Source of the DNA: an uncultured Dehalococcoidales bacterium
Lineage (GTDB): Bacteria; Chloroflexota; UBA6077; FW602-bin22
NCBI GenBank assembly: GCA_964536925.1
Contig: CAZHZF010000009.1
Span: 1,724 to 65,723 of the forward strand
Length of the DNA: 64,000 nt
Reading direction: 5' to 3'
The notes beneath the pieces were generated by a model. It was not told the DNA's origin. It saw only the letters and a program-made list of their open reading frames with translations, and did no database searches. The translations under genes and the position numbers were made by a program. Every line of letters begins with the position of its first letter. The first letter of the stretch is position 1. Of this stretch, positions 45,923 through 55,061 are shown piece by piece.

Positions 45923-46729
45923 GTGGCGCTCGCTGCCTGGGCGCTCGCGTCGGGAAGCGCCGGAAACGCATTCCTCGTCAGCACGCCGCGCACGGCGCTC
46001 CTGATCGATGCCGGCATCAATCTCGCTACGCTCGCGGAAGCCCGTTCGGCCTGGCTGCCTGGAAGGGCGCTCGATGCGATCGTTCTGACGCACGAGCACA
46101 ACGATCACGCCCGCAACGCGCTGGCGATCGCGACCGAATCGAACGCGCCGCTCTACGCAACCCAGGGGACGCATGAAAACCTTGGCGGACAGGCGGAGAG
46201 ATATCGGCCCGTGGATCGCCGGAACCTGTGGCCCGGTCAGCCACAGCGCATCGGCGACATCGAGATCGTGCCGCGCTCGATCGTCCACGATGCATCGGAT
46301 CCCATCGGACTGACGATCGAGCACGATGGCGCGGCGGTCGCGATCGCCGTGGACATGGGGACTCTGCGCGGCCGCGACATCGAGTGGATGGCCCGATCCG
46401 ACCTGCTGGTGATCGAGGCCAATCACGATCTCGGCCAGCTCTGGGACGGTCCGTATCCGCGAAATCTCAAGGCACGCATCGCCAGCGGGCGCGGCCATCT
46501 CTCCAACGCGCAGGCCGCGGCCGCCGCGCTCGCGTGTGCGCGCCGCGGTCGGGTGAGGGAGGTGTGGCTGGCACACCTGAGCGAGACGAACAACAGCGCC
46601 GATACCGCGCTCGCGACGGTTCTTCGGGCGCTTCAGACCCGTCGGGTTTCGGTCCGGGTCTGCGGCCGCTACGAGGCAAGCGTTTCATGGTCGTCGGCCG
46701 GGAGCTTTCGCCAGATGGCGCTGCTCTAG
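45923..46729 (+). CDS. MBL-fold metallo-hydrolase
   Basis: 'LIDAG', 'LTHEHNDH' (HxHxDH), 'GHLSN'. The GTG directly follows the trmD stop. Confidence 0.8.
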   Translation: MALAAWALASGSAGNAFLVSTPRTALLIDAGINLATLAEARSAWLPGRALDAIVLTHEHNDHARNALAIATESNAPLYATQGTHENLGGQAERYRPVDRRNLWPGQPQRIGDIEIVPRSIVHDASDPIGLTIEHDGAAVAIAVDMGTLRGRDIEWMARSDLLVIEANHDLGQLWDGPYPRNLKARIASGRGHLSNAQAAAAALACARRGRVREVWLAHLSETNNSADTALATVLRALQTRRVSVRVCGRYEASVSWSSAGSFRQMALL

Positions 46730-46743
46730 CCGATCCGATCACT

Positions 46744-47499
46744 TCAGGCCCGAAACGCCCAGACCACCAGTCGATGGCTGTAATCGCTCGTCAGCGGGTT
46801 GAAGACCCCCGTACAGGTGATCAGTGTGAGCTCCTCCCGGGCGGCATCACGCGTCACGGAGAGATCGTCCCGCGGTACGACGTTCCGGCCCGCCACGACG
46901 TACTGGATCTCCCCGAGATCCGTGCCAAGCGAGATATGTTCGCCATCCTGCAAGTCCTCGAGCCGCGCGAAGACGTTGCCGCTGGTCAAACTCTGCACGT
47001 GACCGGAGAGCACCACGTTACCTCCGGTGCCCGGCAGAGCCGTCCCCTGCAGGTGCCCGGCGACGAAGCGCGGTACAACCCACTCACCGTTCTCGATCCG
47101 AGAGGGGACCACCGGTGCCTCGAGGCCGATCGATGGCGCGCGAATGCGCAGGATCTCCCGTACGGAACGGACGGTAGGCGTCGCGCCGGCAGCGGGACGC
47201 GGCGGAGTGACAGCAGGCAGGGCAGGAGCGGCGGCGATCGCGGGGACCGACTGTGTCGTCACCGGCGTGCCTGTCGCGACGGGCTCCGCTCGCGACGCCT
47301 CCCGTGTCGAGACGGCCGCAGCGACCGCGGTGTGCACTACCGCCAGGGTTGCCGTCGCGGCGATTCGCGCGTCTCGTCGCTCCAACTCGCGGAGCGCCTC
47401 GGTCTGTTCGATCTCGGTCCTGCCCCAGATCAGCGCCGTCAGGAGAAGCGCCAGCAGTCCGACCGCTGTAAGGACATTACCGACTCGCTTCCGGTCCAC
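46744..47499 (-). CDS. Sortase-family transpeptidase
   Basis: N-terminal TM, A/P/T-rich linker, 'VLSGHV' (His), 'LTLITC' (TLxTC Cys), 'HRLVV' (Arg). Confidence 0.8.
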   Translation of the reverse strand: MDRKRVGNVLTAVGLLALLLTALIWGRTEIEQTEALRELERRDARIAATATLAVVHTAVAAAVSTREASRAEPVATGTPVTTQSVPAIAAAPALPAVTPPRPAAGATPTVRSVREILRIRAPSIGLEAPVVPSRIENGEWVVPRFVAGHLQGTALPGTGGNVVLSGHVQSLTSGNVFARLEDLQDGEHISLGTDLGEIQYVVAGRNVVPRDDLSVTRDAAREELTLITCTGVFNPLTSDYSHRLVVWAFRA

Positions 47500-47537
47500 G
47501 TTACACCCGCGCAGCCCGACCGTCTCCGAAACGGCGG

Positions 47538-48092
47538 CTAGGCAACCACACGCATCCGGCGCAGCAGACCAAGAACGTACACGACATCCTCGTCCACATC
47601 GCGATCACGGAGAAGGGCGGTATCCAGGTAGGTCGCGTACCGATTATCCGACCCGGTGTGAACGGCGATCATCTCGCCGAGTGCCTGCTGCCGCTCGGCG
47701 AGATGCTCGTAACGGCTCAGAGGTTCTGCGAGATCGCGCAGCGCCCCGACGATCAGTCGACGCAGATCGTCGAGATCAGCGCTGGTCTGCAGGCTGGCGA
47801 GAACCGCGGCGTCCGCCTCGGACCCCGATCGGTCGAGCCGCATCGACCAGAGTGCACGCTCGGCATCCAGCGCCTCGCGCTCACGGGCCGAGATCAGCCG
47901 ATTGACTGCATGCCAGCTATCGCGATTCTCCTGAAGCATCGAGGCACTGGCCGAACCCCGGCGGCGTGCCTCCTCCAGGCGTTGCCGTTCCGCGTCCAAC
48001 TGCGCGCGACGGCGCTTGAGATTGACGATCTGGGCGTCGAGATCCTGGCGTCGGGCCTCGAGCGAGGCCGACGTATCAGCGAGGGAGACCAT
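47538..48092 (-). CDS. Hypothetical coiled-coil protein
   Basis: ATG 48092 chosen. 'LEARRQDLDAQIVNLKRRRAQLDAERQRLEEARRR'. No family recognised. Confidence 0.5.
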   Translation of the reverse strand: MVSLADTSASLEARRQDLDAQIVNLKRRRAQLDAERQRLEEARRRGSASASMLQENRDSWHAVNRLISAREREALDAERALWSMRLDRSGSEADAAVLASLQTSADLDDLRRLIVGALRDLAEPLSRYEHLAERQQALGEMIAVHTGSDNRYATYLDTALLRDRDVDEDVVYVLGLLRRMRVVA

Positions 48093-48139
48093 ATGCGGCT
48101 CGATTATGGCGGTCCTGAGCGAGTGGTAGCATCTCATGA

Positions 48140-48898
48140 GTGTTCGCCCTCGATCCCGCGCGGCGGGCACCGCTCATCGTCGCCCATCGGGGCGCGAGCG
48201 GAGAGGCGCCGGAGAACACCTTCGCCGCCTTCCAGCGCGCGATCGAACAGGGTGCGGACGCAATCGAGTGCGACGTCCACCTGAGTGCGGACGGCGTTCC
48301 CGTGGTCCTCCACGATCACGCCCTCGACCGCACGACCGATCTTCGCGGTCTGGTGCGCGAGCGCACGTGGGAGGAACTCAGTCGGGCAGACGCCGGTTCG
48401 TGGTTCGGAGTGCCGTTTCGCGGCGAGCGGATCCCCAGGCTCGACGACCTGCTCGCCTGGTGTCGCGGGCGCATTCCCCTCTCCATCGAACTGAAGAACG
48501 GCCCGATCTTCTATCCCGGTCTGGAACGACTCATCGTGGATCGGGTACGCGAGAGTGAGATGCTCGATCAGGTCAGCGTCATCTCCTTCGATCATCCAGC
48601 GCTACTCCGTCTGCGGGCGCTGGAGAGGCGACTCGCCACCGGTGCGCTGTATGCTGCACGTCTGGTGGATGGGCCCGGCATCGCGCGGGCGACCGGGGTG
48701 CAGGCGCTGCTCCCTCACGTTGCGTTCGTCGATCGGGCGATGGTCGAGGAGGCGCATCGCGCGGGCATCGCCGTCTCCGTCTGGACAGTCAACCAGAGCG
48801 ATGACGTGAGCCTGGCACTCTCCGCCGGCGTCGATGCGGTGGCGACCGATTTTCCGGCGCGCACCCGTCGCCTGATCGTGGAGGCCAGCGGCGGGTAG
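48140..48898 (+). CDS. Glycerophosphodiester phosphodiesterase
   Basis: 'IVAHRGASGEAPENT', 'ECDVHLSADGVPVVLHD', 'VSVWTVN'. Confidence 0.9.
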   Translation: MFALDPARRAPLIVAHRGASGEAPENTFAAFQRAIEQGADAIECDVHLSADGVPVVLHDHALDRTTDLRGLVRERTWEELSRADAGSWFGVPFRGERIPRLDDLLAWCRGRIPLSIELKNGPIFYPGLERLIVDRVRESEMLDQVSVISFDHPALLRLRALERRLATGALYAARLVDGPGIARATGVQALLPHVAFVDRAMVEEAHRAGIAVSVWTVNQSDDVSLALSAGVDAVATDFPARTRRLIVEASGG

Positions 48899-48936
48899 CC
48901 CGGCAGCGGTTCCGGTGCCCAATCTAGACTGAGACG

Positions 48937-51318
48937 ATGGAGTCAGAGCGGAGCCGGGCCAGGCGTGTGCTCGAATTCGGCCTGGTGCTCGATCAACTTG
49001 CCGAGTTGACCGCCTTCGGGCCGTCGCGAGAACTCGCCCTGAGCCTTGAACCGGCGACAACGCGCGCCGAGGCGGAGCGCCGGCTTGGCCTGGCCGCCGA
49101 GGCGCGATGGACTCTCGATGCGACCTCACTCGGCGGGGTGGGCGGTGTCCGGGACATTCGGGGCCCGGTGGAGCGGGCGCGCGCCGGTGGGCGCCTGGAG
49201 GCGGCGGAACTCCTCGATGTCGGATCAACGGTCGCCGCCGGGCGCCTCGTCCGGCGGGCGATCGCGCCCCACCGAGAGCGGGTGCCGGGACTCTTCGACC
49301 TCGTGGAAGGAATCCGCGATCACAGCGCCCTCGAGGATGCCATCTCGCACGCGATCGATGCCCGCGGCGCTGTCCTCGACTCGGCGTCAGCCTCGCTCGC
49401 GCGCATCCGGTCGTCCGCGCGCACCGCCCACAGCCGACTGATGGACCGTCTTCAGGCGATGTTGAGTTCGCAGACGTATCGCGACGTCATCCAGGACCCG
49501 ATCGTGACCAGTCGCGACGGTCGTTATGTCATTCCCATCCGATCGGATGAGAAGGGCAAGGTACGCGCGATCGTGCACGATCAGTCTTCTAGCGGCGCGA
49601 CACTGTTCGTGGAGCCGCTCGAGGTCGTGGACCTGAATAACCAGGTCAGGCAACTGGAGATCGAGGAGAGGCACGAGGTCGATCGGATCCTTCTGGCGCT
49701 GAGCGCGCGTGTGGGCGAGGTTGGGGCCGCGATTCAGGATGGTCTGGAGCGACTCGCACGAGTCGATCTCGCCTTCGCGATCGCCCGACTGGCGGCAAGG
49801 CATCGCGCGGTCATCCCTGACCTGGCCGACGCGGCTGGCGCCGACCGGGAGGCGCGACTGATGCTGCGCGCGGCGCGTCATCCGCTTCTTCGCGGAGATG
49901 TCGTCCCGATCGATGTCCACCTGACTCAGTCCGCGCGCATCATCGTGATTACGGGCCCCAACACGGGCGGCAAGACCGTCGCGCTCAAGACGATCGGTCT
50001 TCTCACATTGATGGCGCAGGCGGGCCTGCCCATACCTGCCGCGGAGGGATCGATCGTTCCGGCGACCGATGCCGTCTTCGCCGACATCGGCGACGAACAG
50101 AGCATCGAACAGAGCCTCTCGACCTTCTCCTCACATCTCACCCACATCGTAAACATCCTGCGTGAGGCGACGGATCGCTCCCTGGTGCTGCTCGATGAGG
50201 TGGGTTCTGGAACCGATCCTGTCGAGGGTGCGGCGCTGGCGCGCACCATTCTCGAGGAGTTCCGGACGCGAGGCTGCCTCGCCGCGGCGACGACGCACTA
50301 CGCGGAACTGAAGGTATACGCGCATACCACCGAGGGCGTCGCGAACGCGAGCGTCGAGTTCGATATCGAGTCGTTGCGGCCCACGTACCGACTGATCGTC
50401 GGAGCGGCCGGACGCAGCAACGCCATGGATATCGCCACGCGTCTCGGCCTCGAGCCCGTTCTGATCGAACGCGCTCGCGCGGCGATTGGCTCGCGCGACC
50501 GTGACCTCTCCTCGGCAATGGAGGACCTGCGGCGGGCGACCGATTCGGCGCACGATGCCCGGCGCGCGGCCACGGAGGAGCATCGGCGGGTCGCGACGCT
50601 GGCAGCCACGCTCCTGGAGAGAATCGAGCAGACCGACCGCGAGCGGCGGAAGGCGATCGAGCGTGCCTATCGTGGTGCCCAGCGAGAGCTCGATGACTTG
50701 CGCCGGAGGATCGGCGAGATCGCGAGCAGCGCGAGTACGGTCCAGGGATCGCCGCACCTCTCCTCGGCTGCTCGGGAGATACGGCAGTTGCAGCGCCACA
50801 TCGACGCGGCGGTGCCCGAGCCGGAGAACAGGCCCACCTTCAAAGTGGGCGATTGGGTGAGACACACGGACCTCGGTATGGTGGGGCAGGTGCTGCGTCT
50901 CGACGCGGACGCTGCCGAGATCCAGATCGGGGGGATGCGTAGCCGCGCGACGCTCGGGCGGCTCACCGCGGCGACCCGCGCCGAAGCGACCGCGGATCGT
51001 GGAGAGAGCAGCCCCGCCAGGAACAGTGGCACCACGGTCCTGCGACCGAGCCGGCCAGCACCCGTGGAGAGCAGCCAGGTCGATATCCGTGGGTGGCGCG
51101 CCGCGGATGTTGCCGCCGACCTCGACCGGATCCTGAACGACGCCTATCTCGCTGGCCTGCCCTGGGTACGCGTGATCCACGGCAAGGGCACGGGGGCACT
51201 CCGCGACGCCGTCCAGGAGTTCCTGGCCGAGCATCCGCTGGTCAGCAGCTACCGGCCGGCCAGCGCGCGGGAGGGCGGCGAGGGGGCGACTCTGGCAGCG
51301 CTGGTGGGCTCCGCGTGA
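48937..51318 (+). CDS. mutS2: Endonuclease MutS2 (MutS-II ATPase plus Smr domain)
   Basis: 'ITGPNTGGKTV', 'LLDEVGSGTDP', C-terminal Smr 'VDIRGWRA...VRVIHGKGTGALR'. Confidence 0.95.
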   Translation: MESERSRARRVLEFGLVLDQLAELTAFGPSRELALSLEPATTRAEAERRLGLAAEARWTLDATSLGGVGGVRDIRGPVERARAGGRLEAAELLDVGSTVAAGRLVRRAIAPHRERVPGLFDLVEGIRDHSALEDAISHAIDARGAVLDSASASLARIRSSARTAHSRLMDRLQAMLSSQTYRDVIQDPIVTSRDGRYVIPIRSDEKGKVRAIVHDQSSSGATLFVEPLEVVDLNNQVRQLEIEERHEVDRILLALSARVGEVGAAIQDGLERLARVDLAFAIARLAARHRAVIPDLADAAGADREARLMLRAARHPLLRGDVVPIDVHLTQSARIIVITGPNTGGKTVALKTIGLLTLMAQAGLPIPAAEGSIVPATDAVFADIGDEQSIEQSLSTFSSHLTHIVNILREATDRSLVLLDEVGSGTDPVEGAALARTILEEFRTRGCLAAATTHYAELKVYAHTTEGVANASVEFDIESLRPTYRLIVGAAGRSNAMDIATRLGLEPVLIERARAAIGSRDRDLSSAMEDLRRATDSAHDARRAATEEHRRVATLAATLLERIEQTDRERRKAIERAYRGAQRELDDLRRRIGEIASSASTVQGSPHLSSAAREIRQLQRHIDAAVPEPENRPTFKVGDWVRHTDLGMVGQVLRLDADAAEIQIGGMRSRATLGRLTAATRAEATADRGESSPARNSGTTVLRPSRPAPVESSQVDIRGWRAADVAADLDRILNDAYLAGLPWVRVIHGKGTGALRDAVQEFLAEHPLVSSYRPASAREGGEGATLAALVGSA

Positions 51319-51758
51319 CCATTCCCGCGGAGATCGAGGCCCTCGTCGAGGTCACACTCACACTGATCGGGGCGTACCTGGCCGCGACCTGGATCTGCCT
51401 GATCGTCTGGACCGTTCGCGATGCACGGGCGCGGACCGGCGATGTCGTCGTTCAGATTCTGTCGGGTCTGCTCGTGCTGCTGTTCAATCTGCCCGGCCTC
51501 ATCCTGTACATCATCCTGAGACCGGCAGAGACCGTCGAGGAGGCGTCGCTGCGTCGACAGCGCCTCGCCGCGCTCGCCGATGCGCGGGCATTCCACTGCG
51601 GCTCCTGCCAGGCGCCGGTCGAATCGAGCTACGCGTTCTGTCCCCGTTGCCGATCGCCGTTACTGCAGCCCTGTCCGCAGTGCCAGCGACCGGTGCGACG
51701 GGATTGGAACGGCTGCCCCGCCTGTGGGGCAGCCGTTCACGTTGCCGGATCGGGTTGA
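51315..51758 (+). CDS. Membrane protein with two TM segments and C-terminal double zinc ribbon
   Basis: GTG 51315 overlaps the mutS2 stop (GTGA). 'CGSC....FCPRC....CPQC....CPAC'. Confidence 0.65.
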   Translation: MTIPAEIEALVEVTLTLIGAYLAATWICLIVWTVRDARARTGDVVVQILSGLLVLLFNLPGLILYIILRPAETVEEASLRRQRLAALADARAFHCGSCQAPVESSYAFCPRCRSPLLQPCPQCQRPVRRDWNGCPACGAAVHVAGSG

Positions 51759-51791
51759 CCCGACCCGGCGACGTGCGGGCTTACCGGGGTT

Positions 51792-52892
51792 CTAGACGAC
51801 CGCTTCCTGGGTCTGGCGGTCGAACGTGTGCATGCGGGCCAGATCGAGCACGATATCGAGCTGCTGGCCAGCCTTCACCGGCGAACGCGCATCCATCCGC
51901 GCGACGAATTCCGACTCACCTGTGAGCAGATAGACGAACTGCTCGGACCCCATCGGCTCGACGACGTTCACCTGCACGCGCATCGAACTCTCCGGGGGCG
52001 CGTTCGGGTTCGTCGACTTGTCGAAGATGTCCTCCGGGCGGATCCCGAAGACCACGTCCTTGCCCAGATACGCGCCCAGGCGCTCGGCCTTGTCGGCCGG
52101 CACGCGCACCTTGAACGAACCACCATCGATGTACATCGCGTCTGGCGTTCCCGTGACCTTCGCATCGAAGAAGTTCATCGCCGGGGAGCCAATGAAACCC
52201 GCCACGAACATGTTCGACGGCCGGTCGTACAGCGTCTGCGGCGTATCCAGCTGCTGGAGCACGCCATCCCGAAGAACGGCGATCCGACTGCCCATCGTCA
52301 TCGCCTCGACCTGGTCGTGCGTGACATAGATGACCGTCGTCTGCAGGCGCTGGTGCAGCTTGATCAACTCCGCACGCGTCGCCACGCGCAGCTTGGCATC
52401 CAGGTTCGAGAGCGGCTCGTCCATGAGGAAGACCTTCGGCTCTCGCACGATGGCGCGCCCGAGCGCCACGCGCTGGCGCTGACCGCCAGACAATTGCTTC
52501 GGCTTGCGATTGAGCAGCGTGCCGATGCCCAGAATCTCCGCCGCGTCGTGGACGCGCTTGTCGATCTCGCGCTTCGGCGTCTTGCGGAGCTTCAGACCGA
52601 ATGCCAGATTGTCGTAGACGCTCATATGCGGGTAGAGCGCGTACGATTGGAACACCATCGCGATGTCCCGATCCTTCGGCGCGACGTCGTTCACGAGTCG
52701 GTCGCCGATGTAGATGTTGCCCTGGGTGAGCTCCTCCAGGCCCGCGATGAGCCGCAGAGTCGTCGACTTGCCGCAGCCCGACGGGCCCACCAGCACCAGG
52801 AACTCCTTGTCCTGGACGTTGATGTTCACATCGTTGACCGCGGTGACCTCACCGAAACGCTTCGTGACGTGATCCAGGTTTACGCTTGCCAT
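51792..52892 (-). CDS. Sugar-type (CUT1, MalK/MsiK/UgpC-like) ABC transporter ATP-binding protein; no adjacent permease or binding-protein genes
   Basis: 'GPSGCGKST', 'LSGGQRQRVALGRA', 'FLMDEPLSNLD', plus a C-terminal TOBE-like regulatory domain. ATG 52892 is preceded by GGAGGA. Confidence 0.9.
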   Translation of the reverse strand: MASVNLDHVTKRFGEVTAVNDVNINVQDKEFLVLVGPSGCGKSTTLRLIAGLEELTQGNIYIGDRLVNDVAPKDRDIAMVFQSYALYPHMSVYDNLAFGLKLRKTPKREIDKRVHDAAEILGIGTLLNRKPKQLSGGQRQRVALGRAIVREPKVFLMDEPLSNLDAKLRVATRAELIKLHQRLQTTVIYVTHDQVEAMTMGSRIAVLRDGVLQQLDTPQTLYDRPSNMFVAGFIGSPAMNFFDAKVTGTPDAMYIDGGSFKVRVPADKAERLGAYLGKDVVFGIRPEDIFDKSTNPNAPPESSMRVQVNVVEPMGSEQFVYLLTGESEFVARMDARSPVKAGQQLDIVLDLARMHTFDRQTQEAVV

Positions 52893-53062
52893 CCGCTTCG
52901 TATCCTCCGATTCGACTTCGAAAACAGAACTCTTCGGCAAAAGCCGCTTCTCGAACGGATCAGGTAGCGGGCAACCACCCACCTGACCCCAGTCCCTCCC
53001 GCCCGATAGGCCCCCCGTCGCGAAAGTGCCGCCATAGTACCCGCGCCCGAGGTCGAACGCAA

Positions 53063-53938
53063 CTACCCCCCGGGCATGCGATGCAGGTAGAGCACCGCCA
53101 CACTCACCAGTGCCAGCGCGACGACCGTCGCCGCGAGCGGCCGATCGCCCAGCAGGAGGTCCTCTGGCGAGCCTCCCGCATCGCGCCGGTGAACGAGAAA
53201 CAGGTAACGAAAGATGCCGAAGACCACGATCGGGATCGTGAGCATCATCGTGTGATCGTCCGGCAGGTTATCGGCTGAGAACGTGTACAGCGAGTAGGCC
53301 ATGATCAGGCTGGCGGTGACGATCGTGATCATCTGCTCGAGTAGGGGTGCGCTGTATTCGCGGAGGATCAGACGATGGTCCGCGGCCGAGTCGCCGAGCA
53401 GGATCAACTCGTGCCGCCGCTTCGCCAGGCCCAGGAAGAGCGCCGCCAGGATGGTGCACAGATAGAGCCATGGCGAGATCGGCACGGCGATGGCCACGGC
53501 TCCGGCGACGGCACGAAGCACGTAGAAGGCCGCCAGGGTGAACAGATCGATCAACAGGACCCGCTTCAGCCCCAGGTTGTAGGCGCCGTTGAGAACGAGA
53601 TACGCGGCGACGATCGCGCCGAACTCGGGTCGCATGGCGAACGCGACGGACAGTCCCGCGATCGCGAGGACGGCCGCGGCGACGACCGCCACGATCGCTG
53701 AGAGCCTGCCCGAGGCGATCGGTCGGGTGCGCTTGCGTGGATGTTGCCGATCCGCCCCGGCATCCAGCAGATCGTTCATCAGATACACCGCGCTGGATAC
53801 CGCGCAGAACACCAGGAACGCGATCAGGCTCGTGACGAGCGCCCCCGTGTCGAAGAGTCGCACCGCGAACACCACACCCACGAAGAGGAGCAGATTCTTC
53901 GTCCACTGCCGGGGACGAAGCGCCTCGATCAGCGCCAT
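53063..53938 (-). CDS. UbiA-family prenyltransferase, decaprenyl-phosphate phosphoribosyltransferase (DPPR synthase)-like
   Basis: 'RPRQWTKNLLLF', 'YLMNDLLDAGADRQHPRKRTRPIASG' (NDxxDxxxDRxHPxKxxRP). About 8-9 TM segments. Confidence 0.8.
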   Translation of the reverse strand: MALIEALRPRQWTKNLLLFVGVVFAVRLFDTGALVTSLIAFLVFCAVSSAVYLMNDLLDAGADRQHPRKRTRPIASGRLSAIVAVVAAAVLAIAGLSVAFAMRPEFGAIVAAYLVLNGAYNLGLKRVLLIDLFTLAAFYVLRAVAGAVAIAVPISPWLYLCTILAALFLGLAKRRHELILLGDSAADHRLILREYSAPLLEQMITIVTASLIMAYSLYTFSADNLPDDHTMMLTIPIVVFGIFRYLFLVHRRDAGGSPEDLLLGDRPLAATVVALALVSVAVLYLHRMPGG

Positions 53939-53972
53939 CGACGCCCGGTCGAACGCGGGTGACCCATCGTCG

Positions 53973-54998
53973 TCACGAGTCGCGGGCGAGCAGTCCGACG
54001 TGCGGGAGATATTCCGTCAGCGGGAACTCGATGGGGTAAGACAGGTGTGGAGTCGGACTGCCGATCGCACGTCCGGCGTGCCTCCGGAGGCGCTCCGCGG
54101 CCCGCAGCCCGGCGAGAGCGGGGCCGCCCACAAACAGCGGGACATGCGCGGGGATGCCCGATCCCGGATAGAGATCCTCGAAGTGACGCACCTGTTCGGT
54201 CACTGTCTGCGCGGCGAGTTCGACGATCTCCTCGGCCGATGCCTGTGGCTCGATCCTCTGGCTATGGATCAGGTGGGGTAGCTCATCGAGCACGATGCAC
54301 ACGTCGATCGCCGACTGATCGGCGTTGACGCAAACCCCATCGAACTGCCCGATCGCTCGGCCGACCGCGATCGCCCGGAGATCGAGCGCCTGTGTCCGAA
54401 TGCCGGCGAACCGCATGGTCTCCAGGATGCCACGGGTCGCGTCGCGCGGCACCGCGACCCCGAAGATCTCCGTGCCCGCCTCGGACTGGTCGACTTCGTT
54501 CCAGAAGACCTCGAAGCGGGATGGCGACACGCCTAGAGTGCGCGCGACGTCCTGGGCAACGATCGGCCGCGGACGCCGACCGCGTCGGGCGATCTCAGCC
54601 ACACGCGCGACCGCCCCGAATCCCGGCACGGCACACTGCACGGCGGAGAGCGGGATCGCCCGGCGATGCAACGCGTCGCGCAGAAAGCGCCCGAGCTCTC
54701 GCGGATCGAGGACGAGCGGACCGGAGATGAGTCGCGCGTCGAACGGCACGGTGTCCCAGAAGAGCACCTCGCCGGCCTCGGCGGCCACGATGCGAAGCAC
54801 ACCGCCATCACAGGTAAGCGCGACATCGATGCGCCCCAGGAACGGCCAGCGAATGCCTCGCCGCAGCCGGGGCGGCCCCGATTCCGCCGCCAGCGCGCCG
54901 AAATCGACCATGGTCTCCGGCACAGCTTCGACAGTCGCCGCTCCGGGCGCCTCGTGCTGGTCCGGGGCTCGCCTGAAGAAGCGACGCAGGCGGTCCAC
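53973..54998 (-). CDS. PilM/FtsA-like actin-fold protein (degenerate nucleotide-binding motifs)
   Basis: The overall pattern resembles PilM: '...AVPGFGAVARVAEI', 'FGVAVPRDATRGILETMRFAGIRTQALDLRAIAVGRA', 'VNADQSAIDVCIV'. No pilN/O follow. Confidence 0.5.
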   Translation of the reverse strand: MDRLRRFFRRAPDQHEAPGAATVEAVPETMVDFGALAAESGPPRLRRGIRWPFLGRIDVALTCDGGVLRIVAAEAGEVLFWDTVPFDARLISGPLVLDPRELGRFLRDALHRRAIPLSAVQCAVPGFGAVARVAEIARRGRRPRPIVAQDVARTLGVSPSRFEVFWNEVDQSEAGTEIFGVAVPRDATRGILETMRFAGIRTQALDLRAIAVGRAIGQFDGVCVNADQSAIDVCIVLDELPHLIHSQRIEPQASAEEIVELAAQTVTEQVRHFEDLYPGSGIPAHVPLFVGGPALAGLRAAERLRRHAGRAIGSPTPHLSYPIEFPLTEYLPHVGLLARDS

Positions 54999-55061
54999 GC
55001 AGGCGATCCTAGTTCAGCCCCGCACAAGAATCGTGTTAGACGACATCGCTACACTCCTTCC

